A stretch of 64,000 nucleotides of DNA from Macrostomum hystrix (taxonomy: Eukaryota > Animalia > Platyhelminthes): contig CATNEN010000029.1 in assembly GCA_950097015.1 (NCBI GenBank), forward strand, positions 1,488,001-1,552,000, written 5' to 3'. Every line of letters starts with the position of its first letter. Positions within the stretch are counted from its first letter, which is position 1. The position numbers and the translations under genes were made by a program. Positions 53,385 through 64,000 of this stretch are shown one piece after another. Below the pieces are notes generated by a model. The model did no database searches. It was not told the DNA's origin and saw nothing but the letters and a program-made list of their open reading frames with translations.

Positions 53385-53820
53385 GGAAGAAGAGGAGATT
53401 AAGAAGAGGAGGAGATTGGGAAGAAGAGGAGATTGGGAAGAAGATGAGATTGGGAAGAAGAGGAGATTGGGAAGAAGAGGAGATTGGGAAGAAGATGAGA
53501 TTGGGAAGAAGAGGAGATTGGGAAGAAGATGAGATTGGGAAGAAGAGGAGATTGGGAAGAAGAGGAGATTGGGAAGAAGAGGAGATTGGGAAGAAGAGGA
53601 GATTGGGAAGAAGAGGAGATTGGGAAGAAGAGGAGATTGGGAAGAAGAGGAGATTGGGAAGAAGAGGAGATTGGGAAGAAGAGGAGATTGGGAAGAAGAG
53701 GAGATTGGGAAGAAGAGGAGATTGGGAAGAAGAGGAGATTGGGAAGAAGAGGAGATTGGGAAGAAGAGGAGATTGGGAAGAAGAGGAGATTGGGAAGAAG
53801 AGGAGATTGGGAAGAAGATG
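53385..53820. repeat. 17-bp purine-rich minisatellite (GGGAAGAAGAGGAGATT)n, about 25 copies
   Basis: Tandem units visible. Confidence 0.96.
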
Positions 53821-53841
53821 GATCACCTTCTCAAGAAGGGA

Positions 53842-54016
53842 GCTGAAAGCTCAGTGGTTAGAGCTTGAGACTTCCGAGAGCGTCAGGAGTTCGAATCTCA
53901 TTCCTAATGAAGCAATTTGTATCATGTAGCTGTAAACCGGATATCAGCATTAGCTGGAGCAGATATTCGGGTGAGAATGGCGACCTCCCCAGTCCACGGA
54001 CTGAACAGCCTAGTTG
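53842..54016 (+). mobile_element. SINE family A, diverged copy
   Basis: AGCTCAGTGGTTAGAGC (A box), GGAGTTCGAATCTC (B box), CAGCATTAGCTGG and CCCAGTCCACGGACTGAACAG. Confidence 0.7.
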
Positions 54017-55814
54017 AACAAGCAGAAAAGATGCAAGGCATAATTATTTACCAATCTAGCTCGGCTAGTTGCAATTTGACAATCGGGTCAGAAATAGAAG
54101 TTAGAAATATGAGACAGCTACAAGCGCTGTCTTGGCCGTTAGCCTTAGGCTCTTGAAGAACAACTCACCCATGAGCACACAAACTCATGTTCAAGATTTC
54201 TCAGAGATAGATAGAGAAAAATGAAAGAAAAGAGCCATATACCAGGCGGCCCAGTTTGATGAGACAGACCTGCCACCGTCAGTGACAGTTGCGTGAGACG
54301 AGGGCCGATAATCTCGCTTTCTGTGGCTGCGGTGGTTTAGAGCTGTTTAAATTTAGCCTCTTATTGTATGCGGACCTAAATGAGTGCCTTCTAATGCACA
54401 AGAAGCCATGCAGTTATGCCTAAGCCCTGTTATGTGCAATATGGCAATTGTTGGTTGGCTTGGGCCACTTGACATGACACGTTTGGCAGATGGACCTAGG
54501 TAGAGAAGTCTATGGCTTCTTATACATGCACTGTCGCTGTATGAACGCGCCCTCTAATACAAAAATCTCAGACTGAGCAGTCGTGTGCTCACAATTGTTC
54601 TAGGAAAGTCTCATTTTTATTTATCATTATTCATTCATTTGGCGCACACACAGAGAAGAATAACAATCAGCACAGAATGGACCACTGACAGCTCCACTGC
54701 CTGACAGCTAATCCAATGAAACAAAAATACAACCTGTCAGTCTCAAGATGCTAAAAATGCACCTATCTGCCAGTATAGCGTTGAGCACACACACACACAC
54801 ACATTGGCCTTTGACTTTGGACTTTGGTATACGAGTGTTATCTATTTTAGCCATAGACAAAACTTCCAGGTCATTTCCAGATGGTCTATTCACCTTGGTC
54901 AAGCGTAAAATTCTGCATGAAAAGTGTCAAGCCCGACAAAGCCATGGAAATGCTCTATGGCAACTAGTTCTATGGCCATTGCATACAGGAAAACCAATCT
55001 GACGATCTTGTTCAATGCCGAATCATCGGAGCGGAAGAACAAGCTATAGCTTCCGGCCTCGTTCGCCAGCCAGCCTCTCCTATTTGTGCGGGCGAGACTT
55101 CAAAAGCGCCAAGTTTAGCATCTTGTTTAAACCCCTTAGGCTAGGATTCGCTACAACTTTGCCTCCTCTCATTATCTCATTGTGGACTCCGGCTATACAA
55201 AGAGTTTGAGACTGAGGGCGGAATGGACCTCCTAATTTGCCTGTTTGTGTGATCAAATTTTATTCGCTACTTAGTAATTTAGAGAAAATTATAACATTAG
55301 AGAGTGGCCTATGCTACCCCCCAAATGTTCCAACTGATCATGAAACTCAACAAAGCAGAAAGAGGCTGAAGATTGGTATACAGGAAAAAAGCGGAGACAC
55401 AAAATCGATGCGAAGAGCCATCTGTGCAGCCCTTACCTGCAGATTTGACTGTCTATGATTTCCTTTCCTTTTGTGACTCGGATTTTCGGCTGAAAAACTG
55501 GCTGGGTTTGTTGAGCAGTGATTTTCTGCTCTTTTTTTCTGCTCTCTTCTACGTCTGATTTGCGTGCAGAGAGAGGCAGAGAGACAGATATGTTAACTAT
55601 AGGAAATTTTCGTTGTTCCTAAACATTCATTTTTTAGATTTTCAGGCGTGACTCGATATTTTTGTATTTTTTGTATCTCCTTTCATTTTCATTTCAAACC
55701 CCTGGATAGCATGCATCATGATTCACCAGTCTTTGTCTGAGCTCTGTTAGAGTTTTTTCTATTGAAATAAAATCTATTTTGAATGAACTGTTACGCACTA
55801 TTGATAGAACGTAA

Positions 55815-55965
55815 CACAATTGGGCCTAGCTAGCTCAAAAGGTTGTGTACACTTGTTCAGTCCATGGACTCCCATTTTACGGCTGGGTGAGCCTGCTGAT
55901 GCGAATTGTTTCCCTTGGGCTAAGATTCGAACTCTCGACAGGTATATAATCGCCGGACTACAAGC
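55815..55965 (-). mobile_element. SINE family A, deleted copy
   Basis: TGTGTACACTTGTTCAGTCCATGGACTCCCCATTTTAC plus a minus-strand B box (GAGAGTTCGAATC). Confidence 0.6.
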
Positions 55966-55997
55966 GCTCTGATAAGAATACTCGTAATAGCATTTTA

Positions 55998-56392
55998 AAG
56001 AGGGTTGCAGGCGATGGCACATCATTTGGTGACACTAGACCTGCCACTACACTAGACCTGCCACTACACTAGACCTGCCACTACACTAGACCTGCCACTA
56101 CACTAGACCTGCCACTACACTAGACCTGCCACTACACTAGACCTGCCACTACACTAGACTAGATCCCAGCGGCGAGGCAATTATGCCCATTCCGTTGACT
56201 CCTGAGCACACATGAGCACACTTTCTTATCGTCAGGCAGTGTACACTATCACTGTACTTTGGAGGTTGGCCCTCAAGCCCTGAATTGCGCGACAATCCCC
56301 CAAGCCTTCTCTCGGCGGCTGCGCCCCAAATGAATGTGGCCTCGCCGCGGAATCGAGCTCAGGGACCTTGGTACGAGAGGCAAACGCGTTAG
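55998..56392 (-). mobile_element. SINE family B copy containing an internal 17-bp minisatellite
   Basis: Colinear with 49855-50195 except for the tandem insert at 56033-56160 and an internal deletion. Confidence 0.85.
56033..56160. repeat. 17-bp perfect minisatellite (CTGCCACTACACTAGAC)n, about 7 copies, inside SINE B
   Basis: Direct reading. Confidence 0.95.
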
Positions 56393-57604
56393 GCGCTTTG
56401 GTAAGCTTGGTAACCAAGCAAGCTTTGGTAAGACTTAACTTCATGTGTGCGTTCATAATATGAGCCCATTAGTTGAAGTTACGTCACAATCAATTAAGTT
56501 TGTGCGTGTCGTGGGGTCAAGTTTGCGCTCGCATTGTTCGATTCTTCCTAATCTATTGGTTTTTCTACTCGTTATTTGGATAGACAAATGAAGCTGAGTT
56601 CATCTAGTTTCGTTGCTATGGCCTTTTGATTAAATAGAAACAAGCTTTGCCATTATAAAAAGTGAATGTTCTTGGAGACTTGGAGACTGATTGATTGACA
56701 GGTCAGGTGATTGATTGACAGGTGAGCCAATAGATTTAGCTAGTTCGGATTAAAAAAAAACTTTCAAATATGACAGCTGGAAACGGACTAGGATTCGAAC
56801 TCGGGATCTATGGCATAATATATGACTTATAAAAATGCGAGAGACCTGACACGGAACACACTTAAAAAATAAACATGTTTTTAGGTTTAGTCAACAATCA
56901 TATTTTTATACATTACTATTAGTCACTGTCATATGAATGTTGGCAAGTCATTAACAAATTAATTTTTTGTTTGAAAATTTTACAATATCAATCGACATGT
57001 TTATTCTTGTTAACGTTTTTTTTCCGAATCAATTTCGAAGCATTATTTCCAATACCAGCAGATAGTCCTTAAAATTTTTTTAACATTCCTTTTTTAATTA
57101 ATTGAACGAAAGCTATGAGAAAACAATGAATGTGGGGAGAAAAACAGAACAGACGAGCAAACCGTTTGTATTTAGACAAAAAATGTGATCCTAGCTGAAG
57201 TGAGTCATTCATACAAGTGCTCATCTATGGACAAAGCTAGATTTTAGAGACTATGATTCCAGAAACAGAGCAGTAGTCGAAAAAAATCAGCAAAGCAAAA
57301 TGAGCTTCTACAACTACGAAAGACAATTTTATAAGTTCACGTTTAGTAAAGGAGCTATTCCGTCTGTCTGTCTGCCTGCCTGTGAAATTAATATTGACCC
57401 CCCCCCCGACATCCCATCTGCTGGAGAGTCAACAGAAGTCTTGGAAGCTCACACGAGCAGGCCAGGGATTGGGGGGGGGAAGTCTCACTTAGGTAAATAT
57501 TTGAGGCGATCGACTGGAGCCGTGAGCAGAACTGCTCCCTATTCTATAAGGCAGCGGGGGTCAAGCGAACTTTTGCCTAAAAAACTTTCCAAGTGATAAG
57601 CGAA

Positions 57605-57760
57605 ATCCCATAGAGCGTCGGACGCACGACTTGAAGGTCGGTGGTTCGATTTTCGACTTTACTAGAACAAAATGTATCGTTTAGACTGACAATTCAGTCC
57701 AGTCCATGTACTGAACAGCAGTATGCAACCTTAGATGCGCCGCGAAATTGTGCCTTGTGT
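57605..57760 (+). mobile_element. SINE family A, 5' part with internal deletion
   Basis: GAGCGTCGGACGCACGACTTGAAGGTCGGTGGTTCGATT matches the 21.3-kb head, followed by CAGTCCATGTACTGAACAG. Confidence 0.7.
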
Positions 57761-57763
57761 ATA

Positions 57764-58243
57764 AATTATTATTACCATCATTGCTATTAATGTACATTAT
57801 ATACATAACATCAACCCTCAATTCACCCAGTGTGTAAATGGGTTATTATTATTACCATCATTGCTATTAATGTACATTATATACATAACATCAACCCTCA
57901 ATTCACCCAGTGTGTAAATGGGTTATTATTATTACCATCATTGCTATTAATGTACATTATATACATAACATCAACCCTCAATTCACCCAGTGTGTAAATG
58001 GGTTATTATTATTACCATCATTGCTATTAATGTACATTATATACATAACATCAACCCTCAATTCACCCAGTGTGTAAATGGGTTATTATTATTACCATCA
58101 TTGCTATTAATGTACATTATATACATAACATCAACCCTCAATTCACCCAGTGTGTAAATGGGTTATTATTATTACCATCATTGCTATTAATGTACATTAT
58201 ATACATAACATCAACCCTCAATTCACCCAGTGTGTAAATGGGT
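57764..58243. repeat. 80-bp perfect tandem repeat, 6 copies; each unit is about 48 bp AT-rich DNA plus about 32 bp of SINE CORE
   Basis: Period 80 (TTGCTATTAA at 57781, 57861, 57941, 58021, 58101, 58181). The last copy runs on into SINE A sequence (GGTACCAGCA...CAGTCCGCGGACTGAA, to about 58310). Confidence 0.95.
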
Positions 58244-61200
58244 ACCAGCACCACCTGGGGTAAAAATCGTGGTGGTTGTGGCGGCATCCCAGTCCGCGGA
58301 CTGAAATGACCTTGTCGCGCTAAATACTCGTACTAATACGATCATCAGTTTTCTACGCATCCTAGTCGATGTTACAGAAGTTACCAATAGTTACCAATCG
58401 CTTCCAACAGAACAAAAAGCACAGCAAAACTACTACATTCAACAAAAGTTCAGCGTCTGAAGCCAACTAAACTGCTGGCTGGACATGGTAGCTAGGCCAG
58501 GCAGTAAATAAAAGAAGACACAATTGCTGCCGAAAGAATAACAAATAGCCAATTATGCGAGCCAAATATTTGGATAGACAAGAACAGCAAAGGCGTCAAT
58601 GTTCTGTCAGAGCCGTCAATTGGACCAAACTGCAGTTGTCAAGAGAAGGTATATAATATAGTAAGACTCGACAATAGTCCCGGTGAGTGACAGAGGAGAT
58701 AGCTCGTAGGGGAGATGGGGCGGCAGTTTTGTCAGCCTCCCACAGCTGATACCATTAACCTAGCGGAGGTCGGGGGCGTGCGTCGACCGCTAAAATCTGA
58801 TTACAGGCGGCGGGGCAGCCAGCGCGACAAGATGGCGGGAGGTTGGGACGGGCGCGGCTGGAAGAAGATTTGAAAGCCTGATTTACCAGCACCAGCGGGG
58901 GGGCTGCCGCGAGGTCCGGAATCTGCTTGCAGGATTCGCAGAAAGCTTTTTCTAAAGGAATTATCAATCGAGACCAAGAACCGGAGTCAGTCAAGTATTA
59001 TAGAATTCTGGAGGTGCATTTGGTAGCGGAGACAGAGTGAAAGTGTATTAGACTGGAGTGCGGGAAGGCCAGGAACTGTGGCATTGTCGAAGAGCGAAAT
59101 GGCAGTGTGAGGTGGCGCCCAAGGCATTGTGACCGAGTTGCCAGATTAGGGTTCCAGACAGGAGGACTTGTCAGTCAACGCAACTTGGCAGGCAGAAAAT
59201 CTCAGATAGTGGACGAAAAAATTGTTCGCCTGTGAGGACAGCAGAATTAAAAGACAAGAGGCAAAGCGGGAGGCGGGAGGAATGGGAAGAAAATGGGCTT
59301 GATTCCATGTGCACGAGGTGTTTTGAATAATATACGCAGGCAGTCAGTCAGCACCTGTTTGTCAGCGACAGCCATCCAGCTTCGTCAGCACAGCGGGGGC
59401 GCACCATGCAGAAAGCCGGAGAGACACTGGGAGAGCGACGCTGATGACAAGAACTGGACAAGGAAAAATTATAAAACAATGCAACAGCGGACCCTGTAAC
59501 CGAGTTGTGTATATTTACATATATTTACATTTACTCTTGCAGGCAAGCCGAAAGCGTGTCACACAACTTGCTTGCAACCAAAATACACGTGGAGACATAG
59601 CCAAGATTGCATTTGCGGTACAAGGCACCGAGTCTATAGCGGCTATGATCGTTTCAATAGATTGCGGCGGAGGAACTGCGGACTGCATTTTTTGTGGACG
59701 AAAATTTAAAGAAAATAAAGACTGTAGCAGAGACTATCTTCCGACCGAGAATCAGCGGTCAGATTGGAGAGACACTGGCAAGCAAAGGTGGACACTCGAT
59801 AAATTGATGTACAGGCAGAGGTTAATATGTGCCGATCGATTGGCTTTTATTCATTCGGCTGAGTAGGATTATCGATTACCGGGATTTTTTTCACGAAAAT
59901 TGACTATTTCCCGGCATCAGAATTTGCTTGGAAAAAAAATCGCGGTATCCCATAATCCCTGGAATAGTCCCGACCTTCTTAATTGAAATTGGACATTAAT
60001 CACATCAATAAATTCATTGTACAAAAGTGCACAGTACAATGACAATAGTTATTTTCCTAATTAATAAATGCTTCCGTAAATAAGGCACATATTTAATTAT
60101 TTAATTCGCATTCGTTGAATGATCAAACTTGTCAAAGTAAAATTGACATTGCTTTAAGCATTGCAATCACTAGATTTCCCATGATTTGGATCTTATAGTA
60201 TTTCCTCCCTACCGCTGAGTCTCAGTGTGCCTTGGGAAGCCAAATTAATGCGGCCTCACCGCGGATTCGAGCTCAGGAACTGCGCTGCTAAGCCACTCAC
60301 CCTGACAGATGGCGTTGATTGGAAAATAACTGAAATACAGCCTCAGGAAGACATGCAGTTTAAAGATTGGGCAGCCTTTCGTTTCTCGAAAATCTCAAGA
60401 ATACCAACTTTATTAAATCCCAAATTACATGAATCCCAACTCACAAAATTTGGTTCTCGAAACTAGTTCTGGCTTGGTGTCTGGGCCAGCTAATAATGCT
60501 TAATCATGCCAAGTTTTACCTATAGCTTTATAAGAGGGCCGAGACACGGCGGGGAGTTTAGACTGATCCCAAAAGACCAAACGCGCTAGAGGATGCAGCG
60601 AGAGTCTCCCGCAGCGCGACCGGGCCTTGCCGACGTGTTTCCCGACCGCTTGGCCAAAGAGGAGCCTCCGACTCCCCATTTTGTTTTTAAAGAAAAAATC
60701 CCAAGCAGACGGGTAGAGGGGCGCTCTCTCTTCCCAACGAACGGAGAGACCCCGGCCGAGCTGGGCAACCCAATTAGCGGAGGTGGCACCGCGGGGGGCA
60801 GCCGAGCAATGCGCCGCCGCACCTTGCACAGATGCGATTCGGTTCCTGCGGGTTCCTGTTGGCCGGAGAACTGCGGGCCCGGGGTCCCGCGCCGCCAACA
60901 ACACTGTAGAGGAGGCCCCCGAATGTGTTGGCCAAACCGGGGCCACTTAACATCCGACTAACCCCAGACTGTATACACTCCAGCCGTACAGTCTGGCTTA
61001 TCCCCTTCTCTCCTCTCTGCCTTTTCTGAAAGCAGAGAGCCGAAAAAATCTCCTGCGTGTATTGGCGGCAGGGGGCTGCGCGCACCTTCAGCAACTGGAC
61101 CTGTCAATCAAACTAAAATCCCAAAGGATATGGGGAGGGATGCAGGGGGCGCTGCTGGGAACACACACACTTACACGAAATGGGGATGTGCGAGACAGAC

Positions 61201-61980
61201 GATAGGAAGCGAAGGAGAAAAAGAGGGGATTTATTAAGGTAAAATGCGCAGAGATTCCTAGCCGGCGATTTCAGTCAGGAAGGAGCATCAGCCAGAGAAT
61301 CAAAGTCAACCGTCGGTCTAGGAGAAACGCTTGTAGAACTGCAGGCCGGCAGATTGCTGGAAGAGATGCCGCTGGCCATTCTTCCACCTCATCGCCTCCG
61401 GGCAAAACAACACCGAAGCGGACACGAATCACCAGGTGCTTGTCGGCCTCCGCCCTGGCATTTCTGTGCCGGCCAATTTCACTAATTTACACGTCCTGCC
61501 AAATCCCCCACAGCAATCGAGGTGGAAGAAATCATTTCTGGTGTAGCCTGTGCTCGGAGCAAATCTTTCGAATGCCTACCCCCTCCCAGAGTGTTTATTT
61601 ATCCTGCGGCGAATTCGAAAAATTGGCTGCAAAGATTCTATAATTATTATTTATTTAATCTTAACAATCTTTGCTAGAATTTAGCGCGATTCAATAATTT
61701 GAATGATGGAATTTTATTATGCAATAATCATTATCACATTCAGAGGAGTTTTACGCACTATAATATGAGTACAAGAATGGCAGCCAATTAGCGGGACTTT
61801 TTATAATTCAAAGTGTGACACCTAAGATAAGAAAAAGCTCGTAAAATCTTTCTAATTCCTCGCACGTTGCAATTAACTAAGTATTTTTTAACCACAATGA
61901 ATTCGCATTATTCCATCAATTAGCAGTGTTCCGTAATCACATTCAGTTATAATTTTATCTTTCTTAGGTGTCACAATAAA

Positions 61981-62276
61981 ATAACTGATTACACCTGCCC
62001 TGCTTGGGTCAGATCTGCAGCCAACATCACAGCTGCAGCTATTGCGTGGTGCATCTGAAGTCTGTGTACGGCTGTTCAGTCCATGGACTGGGGGATGCTA
62101 CACCAGCCTCAATTACCCCAGCTAATGCTGGTACCCATTTCACTGTTGAGTGAACTGAAGCAATGCATCAGAGTTATGCGTCTTACTAAAGGACAAAAAT
62201 TGTTTCAGTGTATTCGAGAGTCGAATCCCCGACCTTCGATTCGCGAGTCCGACGCCCTGACCACTAGGCTACAGCC
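61981..62276 (-). mobile_element. tRNA-derived CORE-SINE family A, best-preserved full-length copy
   Basis: Head GGCTGTAGCCTAGTGG...GGGGATTCGACTC. CORE-like GCTTCAGTTCACTCAACAGTGAAATGGG (62134-62161). Palindrome CAGTCCATGGACTG. Same 3' end as the 21.0 and 8.5 kb copies. Confidence 0.88.
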
Positions 62277-62284
62277 TAGTGACG

Positions 62285-62437
62285 AGTGTCATCGTCAGGC
62301 AGTGAACACTCTTACTTTGCCAATCGGTGGTTCGCCCTAATGGAGGCGAAAAGCCCTCAAAACGAATGTGGCCTCGCCGCCGATTTGAGCACAGGGACCT
62401 TGGTGCGAGGGGCAAACGCGTTAAACGCTCGGCCACA
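62285..62437 (-). mobile_element. SINE family B, 3'-truncated copy
   Basis: Shares GAATGTGGCCTCGCC, AGGGACCTTGGTGCGAG.GGCAAACGCG and TCGTCAGGCAGTG with other B copies. Confidence 0.75.
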
Positions 62438-62454
62438 ATAGTACTCGTAGTAGG

Positions 62455-62740
62455 CCGGTTTAGGAATCTCTGAGCTATTCTCTCCGCGGTGGGGCCACAT
62501 TAGATTGGGGCGCAGTCACGTCGAGAAGGCTTGGGGGTTTGTCGTCAATTTACGCCCTTGAGGGCCAACCCCCAAGGTACAGTGAGTGTACACTGCCTGA
62601 CGATGAGAAAGTCAGAGCAGATGTACACACCTGTGTGCGTGTGTGCTCAGGAGTCAGCGAAATGGACAGAACTGCCTCCTCTCTGGCTGCTGGTCTAGTG
62701 TCACCAAAAGATGTGTCATTGCCCGCAGCCCTCCTACAAT
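62455..62740 (+). mobile_element. SINE family B copy with a damaged head
   Basis: GGCCACATT...GAGGGCCAACC...GTGTACACTGCCTGACGATGAGAAAGTCAG...CTAGTGTCACCAAA...GCAGCCCTCCTACAAT, the reverse complement of 49855-50130. Confidence 0.85.
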
Positions 62741-63539
62741 ATATTTTAACTACTGTCACTAGATATAAATACTATAATTAGCCCACTATACAAGTACTTA
62801 CAACAACCGTTACAGCCGCTAATAATATCCTAACAAAATCCACCTAGCCGCGCGGCACCGATGGTTCTGAAATTCGCAGACAGATTACAGCCAAACAAAG
62901 ACCCTGCAAAGGGGTGCAGAAGGGAAAGCTTCTTCAAGCGTGGCGCGCTCCTCAATTTAAGCCGCTCAGCGACCCTGTTTTGGAGGCCTGGCGCGCTAGA
63001 CAGCTGGCAGATGAGGCCCAGATTTGGGGATTAAAAAACAGATCCCCGCGGCCGCCAAGTCCCAAGCCACTTCACTTGCGGAAGCCTCTTACTTCTTTCT
63101 TCCTCCTCTTCATCCGGCTTGATGACGTTTCCAGCGCCAAACGGAAGGAAGCGGACAAGCTCTGATCCCACGATGCCATTGTGACTGGAGGCCGCCACTT
63201 AGAACATTCGCCGTCTATGTTGGCTAATACAGAGTTGAGCAGTGTGTTTGGCCAGCTAGAGTTGATGACGCAATAGTCTTCTTACTGATTGTCAACTGTC
63301 AACTTTGAGAGTTTTTCTTTCAACTGACAAAACTGCCTCTGGGAATGGGGGATTATTGTGGATTTGGGGTTGGATTGAGGCTAATTTTGCACAGCTCAAT
63401 GATCTTGGGAGCTATAGGGAGCTGGCCAGCGATTCTGACACGGCTTCTGAACTCCCCAGTTGAAAGGAATTCCCCATTTAAAATGGTTGAATTTCCACAA
63501 ATCTAAATGCTTGATTTTTGACAGCACAAAAGGATGTAA

Positions 63540-64000
63540 TCCCAACTTACACGAATCCTCAATCGGATAAATCATAACTCACCGAAATCCCAGGTCAATT
63601 AAATCCAAACTTACATGAATTCTAAGTCGCTTAAATTCCAAATTACATAAATCCCAAGTCGCTTAGATCCCAAATAACACGAATCCTAAGTCGCTTAAAT
63701 CCCAACTTACAAGAATTCCAATTCGCTTAAATCACAAATTACATAAATCCCAAGTCGCTTAAATCCCAAATTACATGAATCCCAAGTCGCTTAAATCCCA
63801 AATTACATGAATCCTAAGTCGCTTAGATCCCAAATTACATGAATCCTAAGTCGCTTAAACCCCAAATTACATGAATCCCAAGTCGCTTAAATTCCAAATT
63901 ACATAAATCCCAAGTCGCTTAGATCCCAAATTACATGAATCCAAGTCGCTTAAATCCCAACTTACAAGAATTCCAATTCGCTTAAATCCCAAATTACATG
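63540..64000. repeat. 32-bp minisatellite (CCCAAATTACATGAATCCCAAGTCGCTTAAAT)n, running off the window end
   Basis: Tandem units visible, degenerate on the left. Confidence 0.93.

Noticed and set aside
52164-53929. Arg/Glu-rich SR-like or coiled-coil ORFs
   Set aside because: Translations of pure polypyrimidine/polypurine arrays.
58700-61500. GC-rich patches and short ORFs suggesting another gene or promoter
   Set aside because: No conserved protein motif or consistent exon chain was found on either strand.

Overview
Eukaryotic (animal) genomic DNA, not prokaryotic: GC-rich spliced exons in AT-rich spacers, with about 30% of the window (~19 kb by hand count) in 17 mostly unrelated minisatellite arrays. 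The style suggests a free-living flatworm such as Macrostomum (inference only, not verified). Four protein genes could be reconstructed with GT-AG junctions and consistent reading phases. Three are on the minus strand: TM9SF3 (2 exons, 586 aa), an SH2+SOCS-box protein (3 exons, 323 aa) and p70 S6 kinase (6 exons, 531 aa). One is on the plus strand: an intronless Frizzled-4-like receptor (693 aa). Mobile DNA comprises a 5'-truncated DD34D mariner apparently interrupted by another DNA element, a TA-flanked MITE, a possible RTE-LINE remnant and two tRNA-derived SINE families. One SINE family carries a recognisable CORE (MIR-like) domain. Most long ORFs in the supplied track are artefacts of tandem repeats. 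The most interesting patterns are (i) introns filled almost entirely by strand-biased minisatellites lying close to the 3' splice site, one apparently grown from a triplicated branch-point motif, (ii) tandem arrays born inside or carried by SINE/transposon sequence, (iii) a CORE-SINE with a conserved CAGTCC-NN-GGACTG palindrome, and (iv) a dual-use ATG/TGA donor that could yield a C-terminally truncated S6K. No CRISPR, rRNA or intact tRNA gene was found.
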